From a virus (Duplodnaviria > Caudoviricetes), in the IMG/VR virus record IMGVR_UViG_3300048851_000202, positions 1 through 39,432 of that record: a stretch of DNA of 39,432 bases; one strand, given 5' to 3'. Under the pieces are notes generated by a model. It was not told where the DNA came from, did not search any database, and saw only the letters and a list, made by a program, of their open reading frames with translations. A program made the translations under genes and the position numbers. How positions within the stretch are numbered: the first letter of the stretch is position 1; each line of letters begins with the position of its first letter. Below are positions 25,055 to 33,923 of this stretch, piece by piece.

Positions 25055-25732
25055 ATGTCCGAGCCCACGCCCGCCGCGTCCGCGGCCCCGGCCGAGCCGC
25101 AGCAGTCCGCCACCCCGGACCCGCCCGCGCAGCCTGCGCCCGCCCCGCAGCAGCCCGCGGCGCCCGCGAGCGACGAGCCGTGGGCCGACCCGGAGAAGGC
25201 CCGCGCGGAGATCGAGAAGCTTCGCCGGGAGAACGGCGCCGCGCGGACCAACGCGAAGCAGCAGGCCGCCGACGACGCGCGCGCCGAGCTCGCGCAGACC
25301 ATCGGCAAGGCGCTCGGTCTCGTTCAGGGCGACGAGGCCCCCACCGTCGAGCAGCTCACGCAGACGCTCGGCTCCACCACCGACGAGCTGCGCCTCGCGA
25401 AGGTCGAGCTCGCGGTGCACAAGGCAGCCCCCACCCACCAGGGCGACGCGAACGCCCTGCTCGACTCCCGGGCCTTCCTGGCGAAGGTCGCGGACCTGGA
25501 CCCCGCAGCCGCGGACTTCCAGACCCTGGTGAACGCCGCCATCGAGAAGGCGCTCGCCGAGAACCCAAAGCTCAAGGCGGTCCAGGCGACCGGCGCGAGC
25601 GCTGTCGACCACGCCGGCGGGTCCGGCGAGGGCGCCGTCACGCCGGAGCAGTTCGCCGCCATGAAGCCGGCGGAGAAGAACGCGCTCTACGTCTCCAACC
25701 CGACCCTGTACCGCCAGCTCGCCGGCCGCTGA
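25055..25732 (+). CDS. capsid scaffolding protein
   Basis: Pro/Ala-rich N-terminus, EIEKLRRENGAARTNAK, LLDSRAF, ENPKL; directly before the MCP. Confidence 0.85.
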   Translation: MSEPTPAASAAPAEPQQSATPDPPAQPAPAPQQPAAPASDEPWADPEKARAEIEKLRRENGAARTNAKQQAADDARAELAQTIGKALGLVQGDEAPTVEQLTQTLGSTTDELRLAKVELAVHKAAPTHQGDANALLDSRAFLAKVADLDPAAADFQTLVNAAIEKALAENPKLKAVQATGASAVDHAGGSGEGAVTPEQFAAMKPAEKNALYVSNPTLYRQLAGR

Positions 25733-25754
25733 GGCCGGAGAACGGAGCGTCACC

Positions 25755-26636
25755 ATGACGCAGACCCAGTCCACGGACCTCTACGCCCCGGAGGTCTGGG
25801 AGGACCTCGCGCAGGCCTCCTTCACGGGCAAGGCCATCGTGGCCACCTCCCCTGCCGTCGCGGTCGACGACACCCTCGTCGGCAAGCCCGGCAAGACCGT
25901 CGAGTTCCCGAAGTGGATGGCCCTCAGCGAGCTCGACGACCTCACCGAGGGCGTCCCGATGGTCCCCGAGAAGCTCAAGCAGAGCGCCTCGAAGGCCACC
26001 ATCAAGGAGGCCGGCAAGGCCGTCGAGATCACCGACACCGCGGACCTCACCGGCCTGGGCAACCCCCAGGACGAGGCGATCCGCCAGTTCGGCGAGCTCG
26101 CCGCCCGCAAGGTCGACGCCGACCTCATCACCGCCGCGCAGGCGACCGTGGCCGGCGGCATCTCCTACGCCGACGGCTCGACGTCTACGGCCTCCGCGCC
26201 GCTGTCGTTCACGACCGCCGCCGGCGCCGGGCTGTCCTGGGGCACGTTCGTCGACGCGACCGCGGTCGCCGGCGACGAGTTCGAGCCCGAGGACTGGGCG
26301 CTGTTCGTGCGCACCGAGCAGCGCGTGCAGCTGCTGAAGGACGACGACTTCATCCAGGCCGCCAACGCGTCCAGCTCGGAGCGCAACGTCATCCAGCGCG
26401 GCTTCATCGGCTTGCTGGGCGGCTCGCCCGTCTACGTGACGAATCGGCTCGCCACCAACAAGGGCGTGTTCGTGAAGAACCGCTCGCTCGGCCTGCTCTA
26501 CAAGCGCCGTCCGATCGTCGAGCAGGACCGGGACATCCTGGCTCGCTCGACGCTCGTCACGACGAACCTCCACTACGCGACGAAGCGCCTGAACGACAAG
26601 GGCGTCATCGTCGTCACCTTCACCCCGAGCGCCTGA
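25755..26636 (+). CDS. major capsid protein (N4-gp56-like, HK97 fold)
   Basis: PEVW, DDTLVGKPGKTVEFPKW, EAGKAVEITD, ARKVD, VEQDRDIL. Confidence 0.92.
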   Translation: MTQTQSTDLYAPEVWEDLAQASFTGKAIVATSPAVAVDDTLVGKPGKTVEFPKWMALSELDDLTEGVPMVPEKLKQSASKATIKEAGKAVEITDTADLTGLGNPQDEAIRQFGELAARKVDADLITAAQATVAGGISYADGSTSTASAPLSFTTAAGAGLSWGTFVDATAVAGDEFEPEDWALFVRTEQRVQLLKDDDFIQAANASSSERNVIQRGFIGLLGGSPVYVTNRLATNKGVFVKNRSLGLLYKRRPIVEQDRDILARSTLVTTNLHYATKRLNDKGVIVVTFTPSA

Positions 26637-26638
26637 GC

Positions 26639-27019
26639 ATGGGCATCGGGTCGCTGCGGCGGCACTACCCCGTCCGGGACGTCGAGCCGACGTACCCGGA
26701 CGGGGACCCCGCCGAGTCGTGGAAGGTCGACGAGCTTCGCGCGTTCGCGCGGGCGAACGACGTCGACCTGAAGGGCGCGACGAAGAAGGCCGAGATCCTC
26801 GCGGCCATCGTCGACGCCAAGGAGCCGACGGGGCCGGGCGCGGACGCGTTCGACCCGTCGCAGCATGAGGCGGACGCCGTGCTCGAGTACCTCGCGGGCC
26901 TGGACGACACCGACACCGAGGCGCGCGACGCCGAGGTGGCCCGGGTCGTCGAGGCGGAGCGGTCCGGTCAGAACCGGGCCGAGCTCATCGAGGCGATCGA
27001 GGGCACGCCCGCCGACTGA
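26639..27019 (+). CDS. small acidic head-associated protein with HeH/Rho-N-like motif
   Basis: WKVDELRAFARANDVDLKGATKKAEIL. Confidence 0.75.
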   Translation: MGIGSLRRHYPVRDVEPTYPDGDPAESWKVDELRAFARANDVDLKGATKKAEILAAIVDAKEPTGPGADAFDPSQHEADAVLEYLAGLDDTDTEARDAEVARVVEAERSGQNRAELIEAIEGTPAD

Positions 27020-27025
27020 CCGCGA

Positions 27026-27152
27026 GGGTGGTGGGGCGTCAACGTCGGCCCGGCAGGGTCTCCTGTCCCCAACCTCCGACGAAGGCCGCTTGGGGCTGTT
27101 CAAGCCGGGTCCTTTCCAGCTCTGCAGCAGCGCGTCCTGCGTCCCACCACCC
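27026..27152 (+). ncRNA. candidate structured RNA element
   Basis: nested stems 27026-27038/27140-27152, 27047-27054/27104-27111 and 27067-27072/27090-27095; G-U pairs in the two outer stems favour the + strand. Confidence 0.4.
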
Positions 27153-27185
27153 ACCGCATCACCCGTCGCCCGGAGGTGACCGTCC

Positions 27186-27605
27186 GTGCTCGTCTACGCC
27201 ACCCCGGGCGACATGGCCACGTGGACCGGCCAGCCGGCACCCGACAACGCCGTGCAGCTGCTGCGGTCCGCGTCGGTCATGGTCCGCGGCGCCACCCGCA
27301 CCGCCCTGTACGCCGTCCAGCCCTCGGGCCTGCCCGCCGACGACGAGAAGCGCGACGCGCTGCGCGACGCGACGTGCGCACAGGCCGCGGCTTGGTCCGC
27401 CGCGGGGATCGACCCGACCGCGCCTGTCGCGCAGCGCGGCCGGGTCGCGACGTCGAAGTCCCTCGGCTCCGGGGCGGTGACCTACGCGGACGCCGCGTCC
27501 GTCGTCGCCGCCCAGGACGCCCTCCGGGAGCGGCTCACCGACGAGGCCGCCGCGATCCTCGCTGACGCCGGCCTCACCGGCGGCCAGGCGATCGTCTACG
27601 GCTGA
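27186..27605 (+). CDS. head-to-tail adaptor
   Basis: VYAT..LLRSAS..ALRDATCAQA..SKSLGS..AILADAGL. Confidence 0.8.
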   Translation: MLVYATPGDMATWTGQPAPDNAVQLLRSASVMVRGATRTALYAVQPSGLPADDEKRDALRDATCAQAAAWSAAGIDPTAPVAQRGRVATSKSLGSGAVTYADAASVVAAQDALRERLTDEAAAILADAGLTGGQAIVYG

Positions 27606-27608
27606 CCC

Positions 27609-27725
27609 GTGGACGCCGTCGTCACCATCTACGCCGGCGACTGGGTCATCACCGGGCCCGACCCGGCCGCGCTGATCCCGCTCGACGACATCCTGCTCCG
27701 CTGGAGGGCGCACCGTGGCCGCTGA
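27609..27725 (+). CDS. 38-aa hypothetical peptide
   Basis: MDAVVTIYAGDWVITGPDPAALIPLDDILLRWRAHRGR; near-total GC3; fills the gap between neck genes. Confidence 0.45.
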   Translation: MDAVVTIYAGDWVITGPDPAALIPLDDILLRWRAHRGR

Positions 27726-28038
27726 CGAGCTCGACGACTTCCTCGTGCACACCGTCACCATCACCCCGAAGACCGGTGACGGCGCGTACGGCGCCCAGTT
27801 CGGCGCCCCCGTCACGGACGTCCCCGCCTGGGTGGACGACACCCGCCGCCTGGTGCGCGACGCCGACGGCGCCGAGGTGGTGTCGTCCACCACGGTCTTC
27901 CTGCGGGCCGGCACCGACTGCCCTCCCGGGTCACTCATCGACCTGCCTTCCGGGCGTAGCGCCGAGGTCATCGCCGTCGCCGTCCGCGACTCCGGCCCCC
28001 TGGACCTGCCCGGCCACGTCGAGGTGTCCGTCGCCTGA
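27715..28038 (+). CDS. head-to-tail stopper
   Basis: HTVT..GAYG..RRLVRDADGAEVVSSTTV; synteny. Confidence 0.8.
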   Translation: MAADELDDFLVHTVTITPKTGDGAYGAQFGAPVTDVPAWVDDTRRLVRDADGAEVVSSTTVFLRAGTDCPPGSLIDLPSGRSAEVIAVAVRDSGPLDLPGHVEVSVA

Positions 28039-28051
28039 CTGGAGGTGCACC

Positions 28052-28405
28052 GTGCCGCAGTCCTGGACGTTCACCGCCGGCGCCCCCGACGGCCCCGAGG
28101 CGGTCCGCGCGGGCGGACGCCGCGGCCTGCACCTGGCACTGGAGCAGATCCTCACCACCGCCCGGTCCCGGGCCCCGATCGAGGAGCACACGCTGGAGCA
28201 GTCCGGTGCGACCGCGATCAGCGGTGACGGCCTGCACGGCACCGTCTCGTTCGACACCCCGTACGCGGTCCGCCAGCACGAGGACATGACCGCCCGGCAC
28301 GACGAAGGCCGGCGCGCGAAGTACCTGGAGTCCGCCATGCACGACGACCGCGCCACCGCCGTCCGGCTCGTGCAGCAGCAGCTGCGCCGCGCGCTCGGCA
28401 CCTAG
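28052..28405 (+). CDS. neck protein (HK97 gp10-like)
   Basis: APIEEHTLEQSG..VSFDTPYAVRQHE..AKYLE. Confidence 0.8.
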   Translation: MPQSWTFTAGAPDGPEAVRAGGRRGLHLALEQILTTARSRAPIEEHTLEQSGATAISGDGLHGTVSFDTPYAVRQHEDMTARHDEGRRAKYLESAMHDDRATAVRLVQQQLRRALGT

Positions 28406-28414
28406 GAGGCACCC

Positions 28415-28852
28415 GTGGCGTGGACCACCGACGTCCTGACCGGCCTCGCCGAGCACCTTGCCGCCGATGGGCACGGAACCTGGCGCCCGACCGGCGTCTA
28501 CGCGGCCGGTGAGACAGGCATCGCCATGGGGAACATGCCGGCCACCCCGGACCGTGTGATCGTCCTGACGTCCTACCCCGTCGACGAGTCCGCGCGTCTC
28601 GACGACGTGCTGCTCGGCGTGCAGATCCGATGCCGCGCCGGCGGCCGGGACCCGCGCGCCGTCACCGACATGGATGACGAGATCCGCGACACCCTGCACG
28701 GCGGCCGCGACCTGCAGCTCGGGCCCGCGCCGGTGGCCCTGATCTGGCGCGCGTCGCACGCCCGCCTCGGTCCCGACGCGAACGGCCGCCATGAGACGAG
28801 CTCGAACTACTACCTGCGCACCGCCCGCGGCAGCGCACACCTCACCGACTGA
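28415..28852 (+). CDS. tail terminator / minor capsid family protein
   Basis: MPATPDRVIVL..VQIRCR..LGPDANGRHE..NY. Confidence 0.8.
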   Translation: MAWTTDVLTGLAEHLAADGHGTWRPTGVYAAGETGIAMGNMPATPDRVIVLTSYPVDESARLDDVLLGVQIRCRAGGRDPRAVTDMDDEIRDTLHGGRDLQLGPAPVALIWRASHARLGPDANGRHETSSNYYLRTARGSAHLTD

Positions 28853-28909
28853 GCTCCGGGCAGGGACAGGCCCTGCACCGGCATCCCCGAACACCCGGAG
28901 GACACCACC

Positions 28910-29641
28910 ATGAGCGAGCAGACTCTCGTCCCCGCCGGCACGCCGACGGTCAACACCGCCTGGCGCGTCGACGTCAACACCGGCACCGTCGAGGCCCCCG
29001 TGTGGGTGCAGATCCGCGGCGCGAACAACATCGCGGCGCCGGTGAACAACACCACCCAGGACGCGACCGACTACGACTCCGAGGGCTGGGGCGCGGACGC
29101 CGTGACGCTGCGGAAGTGGCAGATCACGCTCGGCCTCCAGCGCAAGCGGTACGCGAACGCCTACGACCCCGGCCAGGAGGTGCTGCGCGCCGCCGCCGAG
29201 TCGCTCGAGCTGGTGCACGTGCGCTGGTACGACCGCTCCGGCGCCGACGCTGAGGCCTACCACGGCTACGCGCAGGTGCAGTGGACGCCCGCGGGCGGCG
29301 ACGCGACCGGCCTCCAGACCGTGAACGTGGTCCTGCTCGGTCAGGGTCGGCGCGGCATCCTCGGCACGAACCCGAGCGTGGCCGCCGCGCCGGCCGCCGT
29401 CGCGTCCGTCGTCCCCACCGGCGCCGCTGCCGGCGAGCTCGTCACCATCAAGGGCTCCGGGTTCTCGTCCGTGACCGGGGCCGCGGGCGTGAAGTTCGGC
29501 AGCACGAACGCCGCGGGCTACACCGTGGTCAACGACGTCACCATCGTGGCGTCCCTGCCGGCCGGGTCCGCCGGCTCGGCCGGGGTCACCGTCACCAACA
29601 CGGTCGGCGCCTCCCCCGCGCACCCGTACACCCGGGCCTGA
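28910..29641 (+). CDS. major tail tube protein with C-terminal IPT/TIG domain
   Basis: DATDYDSEGW, DPGQEVLR, VRWYDR; Ig-like PTGAAAGELVTIKGSGF..VKFG. Confidence 0.88.
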   Translation: MSEQTLVPAGTPTVNTAWRVDVNTGTVEAPVWVQIRGANNIAAPVNNTTQDATDYDSEGWGADAVTLRKWQITLGLQRKRYANAYDPGQEVLRAAAESLELVHVRWYDRSGADAEAYHGYAQVQWTPAGGDATGLQTVNVVLLGQGRRGILGTNPSVAAAPAAVASVVPTGAAAGELVTIKGSGFSSVTGAAGVKFGSTNAAGYTVVNDVTIVASLPAGSAGSAGVTVTNTVGASPAHPYTRA

Positions 29642-29646
29642 CGCGC

Positions 29647-30147
29647 ATGACCGACCAGTTCGAGGACCTGGGCGAGGCCCTGTCGCCGACCCTGGATCTC
29701 CCCGTGGCGGGGAAGGTGTACCGCGTGCCTTCCCCGCCGGCGCGGGTCGGCCTGCGCCTGCAGGCCGCGTTCGCGATCAGCGCGGCGCGCCAGGCCGGCA
29801 CCGCCCCGAAGGCCCACCACGTGCAGCTCATCGAGCAGGACGACGGGTCGACGTCGCTCGACCAGGACGCCCTGGGCCCGGTGTACGACGAGATGATCGC
29901 CGACGGCGTGAACACCGAGATGCTCACGCACGCCGGCATGACCGCCTGGTGGTGGATCGTCGCCGGCAAGCGGGCGGCGCGCCTGTACTGGGTGAGCCCC
30001 TTGGGGGAAGCGCAGAGGCCGCTGCCGGACCTGTCGACCTCGACCAGTACGGGCGAGGCGACTACGACCCCGACACCGGCCTCTACGAGTGGTACGACGT
30101 CCCCCATGGCGAGCTCGCCCGGTTCGAGCAGCACGCCGACGGCCTGA
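29647..30147 (+). CDS. tail assembly chaperone (gpG-like)
   Basis: between tail tube and tape measure; LDLPVAGKVYRVPSP; contains the slippery site. Confidence 0.85.
   Translation: MTDQFEDLGEALSPTLDLPVAGKVYRVPSPPARVGLRLQAAFAISAARQAGTAPKAHHVQLIEQDDGSTSLDQDALGPVYDEMIADGVNTEMLTHAGMTAWWWIVAGKRAARLYWVSPLGEAQRPLPDLSTSTSTGEATTTPTPASTSGTTSPMASSPGSSSTPTA
30003..30009 (+). other. programmed -1 frameshift site G GGG GAA
   Basis: in-frame TTG GGG GAA; after it the high-GC3, protein-like reading moves to the -1 frame. Confidence 0.8.
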
Positions 30148-30335
30148 CCTGGGACACCCTGTTCGCCCGGTGGGCGCTCGTCGAAGCCGACCTGCACGAG
30201 GTGTTCGGCATCGACGTCGACGACCCCGACCTGATGGCCGCCCGCACGTGGCGGTGGCTGCGCGCCCGCATCGTCGCCCTGCAGACCTCCCCCGGCACCC
30301 GCCTCGCGCGGTCCCTGAGCAAGCCCAGGAGGTGA
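30003..30335 (+). CDS. frameshift extension of the chaperone (gpGT-like C-terminal part)
   Basis: WALVEADLHEVFGID..RTWRWLRARIVAL in the -1 frame, ending just before the tape measure gene. Confidence 0.8.
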   Translation, partial: GGSAEAAAGPVDLDQYGRGDYDPDTGLYEWYDVPHGELARFEQHADGLTWDTLFARWALVEADLHEVFGIDVDDPDLMAARTWRWLRARIVALQTSPGTRLARSLSKPRR

Positions 30336-30339
30336 CCAG

Positions 30340-33066
30340 GTGAGCGAGCTGGACCTCGGCACCCTGCGCGGGCACGTCGACCTCGACGTCGCCGCGTTCG
30401 ACCGGAAGTACGGCCAGGTCCAGACGAACCTGAAGCGGCTGTCGTCCACGCAGATCCCCGACCTCGTCGTGGACGTCGACGCGACGAACGTGTTCACCGC
30501 GGTGGACCGGGTCGACACTGCCGTGCAGGGCATCCCCGACGGGAACGTCACGGTCGGGGCCGACACGGCGGGCGCCCTGGGCGACCTGTCGAAGGTCGGC
30601 GCGGAGGCCCGCGCCCTGCCGGACGGCGAGCTCGAGGTCACCGCCGACACGTCGGGCGCGCGCGGGTCGCTGAACGACCTGTCCGGCGCGGCGAAGGCCG
30701 GCGCCGCGCAGGCAGGCGACGAGGCGGGGTCGAACCTGGCCGGCGGGATCCTCGCGGCCCTCGCCACCATCCCGGTGGCTGGGGCCATCGTCGGCATCGG
30801 CGCCGCCATCGGCGACGCCATGCTCGACGGCCTGCAGAACGAGGTCCGCTCGGACCGGCTCGCCGCGATGACGGACCTGTCCCCCGAGCAGGTCGCACTC
30901 GTGGGGCGCGCCGCCGGCGAGGCATACGCGAACAACTTCGGCGAGTCCATCGCCTCCAACATGGACGTCGCCCGGGTGGCGATCCAGGCCGGCCTTCTCG
31001 ACCCGAACGCCACCGCCCGGGACACGCAGGCGGTCATCGAGCAGGTCACCGGCGTCGCGGATCTCCTTGGTGAAGACGTCCCCCGGGTGGCGCGCTCGGC
31101 GGCGCAGGCGATCAAGACCGGCATGGCCGGGGACGCTGCCGGTGCCTTCGACATCCTGGTGCGCGCGCAGAAGGCCGGGCTCAACGTCTCGGAGGACCTA
31201 CTCGACACGGTCGACGAGTACTCCACCCAGTTCCGCAAGCTCGGGCTGGAGGGCCCGCAAGCGTTCGGTCTGATCGCCCAGGCCGTGCGCGCCGGCGCGC
31301 GCGACACGGACATCGGCGCGGACGCGCTGAAGGAGTTCTCGATCCGGGCGGTCGACGGGTCGGTGCTCACCCAGCAGTCGTTCGAGGCGATCGGCGCGTC
31401 CGCGTCGGACATGGCCGCCAGGATCGCCGCCGGCGGGCCAGACGCGGCCGCCGCGCTCGACGAGACACTCGACAAGCTGCGCGCTGTCGAGGACCCGGCG
31501 AAGCGAGCGCAGATCGCGGTGGGGCTGTTCGGCACCCAGGCCGAGGACCTGGGCGACGCGCTGTACGCGATGGACCTGACGTCCGCAGTGGACCAGCTGG
31601 GCGCCGTCGAGGGGGCCGCGAAGACCGCGCTGCAGACCCTCGGCGACAACAGCGCCGGCCAGATCGAGACCGCCGAGCGGAACATCGCCACCGCTGCCGA
31701 TGGCATCAAGGGCGCGCTGGCCGCCGCGTTCGCCCCGCAGATCGAGGGGTTCTCGACGTTCGTCACCACGAACCGCGAGGCCGTGATGACGTTCCTGCTG
31801 AACGCCGCGAACGGGGCGCTCGACTTCGGCCGCGCCGTCGTGGAGGGCATCGCCGCGGGGACGGAGGCGGTTGGCGGGTTCATCGCCGGACCGGCCGCTG
31901 ACCTGATCCAGTCGGTCGCCGACACGATCGACTCGTTCAACATCCTCGGCGGGATCCTCGGCCAGAAGCTCGGGCCGTCCGCGGACGCCCTGCACGACGT
32001 CGCCGACGGCATGCGCGGCGCCGACGACGCCGCGTCGGGCATCGCCGACACGATCCGCACGAACCTCATCGGGAACGGCCTCGACCCCGCGCAGCAGCGG
32101 CTCAACGACTTCGCCATGCCGCTGGTCACCCAGGCCGCCCTGCACGACGCCATGACGTCGGTCGCCTCCGGCCTGGACGGCGTCGGCTACGCCGCGGACG
32201 GCGCGAAGCTCAACCTGGCGGGCGTGGACCTGGCGAACCTCACCGCCTCGGAGTCGGGGCGGGTCCTCGACGAGCAACTCCGCGCTGTGGCCACCGGCCT
32301 CGACGCGCAGACATCCGCGGGCACGCGCGCCGGCGACTCGCAGGCGGTGCTGTCGCAGCGCTACGAGGAGGGCCGACAGGCCCTGGTCAACCAGCTGCAG
32401 CAGATGGGCCTCACCCAGGGCCAGGCCGAGGCTCTGGCCCGGGCCTACGGCGCCGTCCCGGGCAAGGTCGACACCACGTTCAACGCGTACACCGACGCGG
32501 CGCAGACGCAGGTCGACAACTTCATCGCCCGCAACCAGGGGAAGGTCATCCGGCTCACCGCCGAGGTGTCCGCGTCCGGAAACCCGGTGTACGTGACGGC
32601 CACGGGTGCGAAGTTCGAGGGCCGGGGCGACGTCATTCAGTACATGGCCGAGGGCGGCGTCGTCCCCCGGCCGCTGGACCGGTCCGCCGCCACGCTGGTC
32701 GCCCCCGGCGACCTGCGGGTGATGGTCGGCGACCGCAAGGACGTGCGCGAGCTGTTCGCGCCGCTCGACCGGTCCGCGCGCACGCACCAGCTGATGGCGC
32801 AGGGCGCCCGGGAGATGGGCGCGCTGTACCTCCCAATGGCGGACGGCGCCCTGCTCGGGACCACGTCCGCGCCCGGTCCCGCGCGCGCTGGTGCAGATGC
32901 ACCGGTCTCCGTGGTGGTCCCCGACGAGGTGCACCTCGCTGCACGGTCGGTGCGCGAGCTCGCGGACGCGATCCTCGCCGGGGCTCGCGACGTCTCTGCC
33001 CAGGCCCTCGCGAGTGCCGTGCGCGCTGCCGCGGGCTCTCGCTCGACTCCAGGGGTGGTGCGCTGA
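30340..33066 (+). CDS. tape measure protein
   Basis: 908 aa Ala/Gly-rich; DLLDTVDEYSTQFRKLGL, DALKEFSIRA, LFGTQAEDLG. Confidence 0.95.
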   Translation: MSELDLGTLRGHVDLDVAAFDRKYGQVQTNLKRLSSTQIPDLVVDVDATNVFTAVDRVDTAVQGIPDGNVTVGADTAGALGDLSKVGAEARALPDGELEVTADTSGARGSLNDLSGAAKAGAAQAGDEAGSNLAGGILAALATIPVAGAIVGIGAAIGDAMLDGLQNEVRSDRLAAMTDLSPEQVALVGRAAGEAYANNFGESIASNMDVARVAIQAGLLDPNATARDTQAVIEQVTGVADLLGEDVPRVARSAAQAIKTGMAGDAAGAFDILVRAQKAGLNVSEDLLDTVDEYSTQFRKLGLEGPQAFGLIAQAVRAGARDTDIGADALKEFSIRAVDGSVLTQQSFEAIGASASDMAARIAAGGPDAAAALDETLDKLRAVEDPAKRAQIAVGLFGTQAEDLGDALYAMDLTSAVDQLGAVEGAAKTALQTLGDNSAGQIETAERNIATAADGIKGALAAAFAPQIEGFSTFVTTNREAVMTFLLNAANGALDFGRAVVEGIAAGTEAVGGFIAGPAADLIQSVADTIDSFNILGGILGQKLGPSADALHDVADGMRGADDAASGIADTIRTNLIGNGLDPAQQRLNDFAMPLVTQAALHDAMTSVASGLDGVGYAADGAKLNLAGVDLANLTASESGRVLDEQLRAVATGLDAQTSAGTRAGDSQAVLSQRYEEGRQALVNQLQQMGLTQGQAEALARAYGAVPGKVDTTFNAYTDAAQTQVDNFIARNQGKVIRLTAEVSASGNPVYVTATGAKFEGRGDVIQYMAEGGVVPRPLDRSAATLVAPGDLRVMVGDRKDVRELFAPLDRSARTHQLMAQGAREMGALYLPMADGALLGTTSAPGPARAGADAPVSVVVPDEVHLAARSVRELADAILAGARDVSAQALASAVRAAAGSRSTPGVVR

Positions 33067-33923
33067 TGAGCCTGTCGGTGGAGGTGCTTGCCGATGCGGG
33101 CGCCCCGCAGGTGGGCATCACGGTCACGGGGCTGCCGTCAGGCACCCCGTCGGTCGTGACCGTCGAGAAGTCGGTCGATGGCACCAGCTGGGAGACCGTT
33201 CGAGGCGCACTGCGCGAGTCGGTGACCGGCGCGTCGTTCTTCCGGGACTTCGTACCGCCCCTCAACGTCGAGACGACGTACCGGCTGATCACGACCGCCG
33301 TGGTCGCCGGTCCGACCACGGCGACGATCGTCGTGCCGTCGGAGAACGCGTGGCTGCAGGACCCGCTGAACCCGCGCGCTGCCGTGCCGATTCGCGCGCT
33401 CGGCATGGGCACAGGGCTGGCGCTGCTCGCCCCGTCCGCGGCCTCGCTGCTGCGGGCCCAGGTCGTGGACGTCGTCCAGGTGCAGGGCGCCAAGACCCCG
33501 GTCGCGTCCGTGGGCCCCCGGCAGGCGCCGTCGCAGGTGCCGCTGCTGATCCGCGCGGCCGCCGCCGCTCAGGGCGCACTGGTCAAGGAGCTGCGGGATC
33601 TGCTCGACGGGGCAGGTGTTCTCGTCCTGCGCGGGCTGCATGCGGCCTCGGGGCTCGACCCGGTCGCCCACGTCGTCGCAGGTGACGTGACGGAGGTCGC
33701 CACGCCGCTCGGGGTCCGCAACGACTGGCAGCTCGTGGTGACGCAGGTCCGGGCTCCGTCGCCGCGGATCGTCGTGCCGTGGTGGACCTACGACCAGGTG
33801 AAGGCGCTGTGGGAGGGCTTCACCTACGACGACGCCCTGGCGGCGCGTCCGGGCGCGACGTACCTGGACTGGCTGCGTGACCCGTCCCCGTCGGCTGCTG
33901 GCCGTGCTTCGAAGGAGTCCTGA
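33066..33923 (+). CDS. minor tail protein (distal-tail position)
   Basis: TGATG-coupled to the tape measure gene; DFVPPLNVETTYR, WLQDPLNP. Confidence 0.75.
   Translation: MSLSVEVLADAGAPQVGITVTGLPSGTPSVVTVEKSVDGTSWETVRGALRESVTGASFFRDFVPPLNVETTYRLITTAVVAGPTTATIVVPSENAWLQDPLNPRAAVPIRALGMGTGLALLAPSAASLLRAQVVDVVQVQGAKTPVASVGPRQAPSQVPLLIRAAAAAQGALVKELRDLLDGAGVLVLRGLHAASGLDPVAHVVAGDVTEVATPLGVRNDWQLVVTQVRAPSPRIVVPWWTYDQVKALWEGFTYDDALAARPGATYLDWLRDPSPSAAGRASKES

Noticed and set aside
30010-30147. S/T-rich chaperone tail as a real mucin-like domain
   Set aside because: explained as the off-frame reading of the -1 frame coding sequence after the slippery site
20698-32934. very long alternative-frame and antisense ORFs (e.g. 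20698-23010, 29592-32153, 31198-32934)
   Set aside because: shadow frames of high-GC3 genes with R/P/A/S-biased composition and no motifs or RBS
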